From positions 186,868,001-186,932,000 of the forward strand of contig NC_042997.1 of NCBI RefSeq assembly GCF_006345805.1: a stretch of 64,000 bases of DNA, given 5' to 3'. This document shows, piece after piece, positions 62,781-64,000 of the stretch. A model generated the notes under the pieces. It had not been told where the DNA came from. It did not search any database and saw only the letters and a program-made list of their open reading frames with translations. Source of the stretch: Octopus sinensis. Taxonomy: Eukaryota. Numbering within the stretch: the stretch's first letter is position 1; each line of letters starts with the position of its first letter. A program made the position numbers and the translations under genes.

Positions 62781-63844
62781 TATATCTTTCAGAAGTAGAA
62801 GACACTTGCCCAAGATGTCATGCAGCGGGACTGAACCTGGAACCGTGTGGTTGGGAGGCAAGCTTTTTACCACACAGCCATGCCTGTATGGATGTATGAA
62901 CGGGTGGATGGAGTCACAGTATTTGGATTCAAGTACTCTGGTAGTACTCATAAAAAAAATCTTCTTAATGTATCATTCTACAAAACATAAAAAATATATT
63001 GAATGATATAAGAGAAAGCGATAACGAGTGTAAGATTATTTGCATTTTGCATTAATGCAGACATGTAAGTAATTTATTTATTATTAAATATAATAATATA
63101 AATCATTTACATGTTATTAAGCTATGAAACAATTTGTCATGATATTTGAATATTCTCATCATTAGATATATTTTCATCAAACTACTTCTCTGTCATCAAT
63201 AACTTTATGACTTTGTATATATATATCTGCATAAATGTGCATATGTGTGTGTGTGTATACAATTTATAACTAAGAGTTTTTACATTAGCATTAATGTATG
63301 CGAAAATAGTGAATAATTCATGTATGTTATGCATACATTCTATGTTAGGTCACTTTTAGTGCTACTGGTACTGTGTAACCCAGTATGATCTGTTGCAACA
63401 TTGGATTGTTGGGAACTAAATTGGCAACCTTACCAAGCTTGCTCTGGTAAGGTGGATGGTTTTCACAAAATCTATGAAAGGGTGGATGAATTCAGCAGAG
63501 TCTAAGCCATCCAACAGATGAGAGTGAGAGACATCTCGTCTTTGTTTAGACATCTCTCAAGGAGGAAGAAAACTCTTATGTAACATCTGTGAACTTCATT
63601 TGCATCCAATGATTTAGGCTAGTTTTTTTTAGACATAAAAGCATAAATACACACATACATACACACGTGTATGTGTGTGTGTATGTATGTATGTATGTAT
63701 GTATGTATGTATGTATGTATGTATGTATGTATGTATGTATGTATGCATGAATGTATGTATATAAATATATGTATATATACATGTAAGCAGACACATATCT
63801 ATCAGTCTATATCTATAAATATATATGTGCAGACACACCACACA

Positions 63845-63898
<54 letters not shown>

Positions 63899-63948
63899 TG
63901 TCTGTGTCTCTCTCTCTACACACACATATATATGTATGTATATATATG

Positions 63949-63979
<31 letters not shown>

Positions 63980-64000
63980 ATATATGTGTGTGTGTGTGCA

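Overview
AT-rich, repeat-saturated animal genomic DNA, most likely Octopus (inferred from the tRNA-derived SINE families, RTE 3' ends with (GAT)n tails and dense (TA)n/(TG)n/(ATT)n microsatellites). No ORF in the supplied track is a credible host protein: they are microsatellite read-throughs, SINE frames or decayed transposon ORFs. No complete protein-coding gene could be built. The best hints of a host gene are a CpG-retaining stretch at about 12-16.4 kb with a possible minus-strand first coding exon (MADGNENR, 16284-16260) and several unverifiable micro-exon candidates. The window holds several SINE families, relics of RTE, Tx1/L1, CR1-type, R4/Dong-type (RLE) and Penelope retroelements, a Gypsy integrase relic, a solo LTR, and mariner, piggyBac, hAT and Helentron-type non-autonomous elements. 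The most notable observations are Penelope-type minimal hammerhead ribozymes in palindromic elements (one with an intact core, 17935-17980), a LINE tail encoding three C2H2 zinc fingers, a 74-bp target-site duplication around one SINE, an 18S rRNA 5' fragment embedded in an RTE 3'UTR, a U2 snRNA 5' fragment, and closely spaced inverted SINE pairs. Repeat boundaries were read by eye and are approximate unless termini or TSDs are quoted. Family names come from recalled motifs, not database searches.
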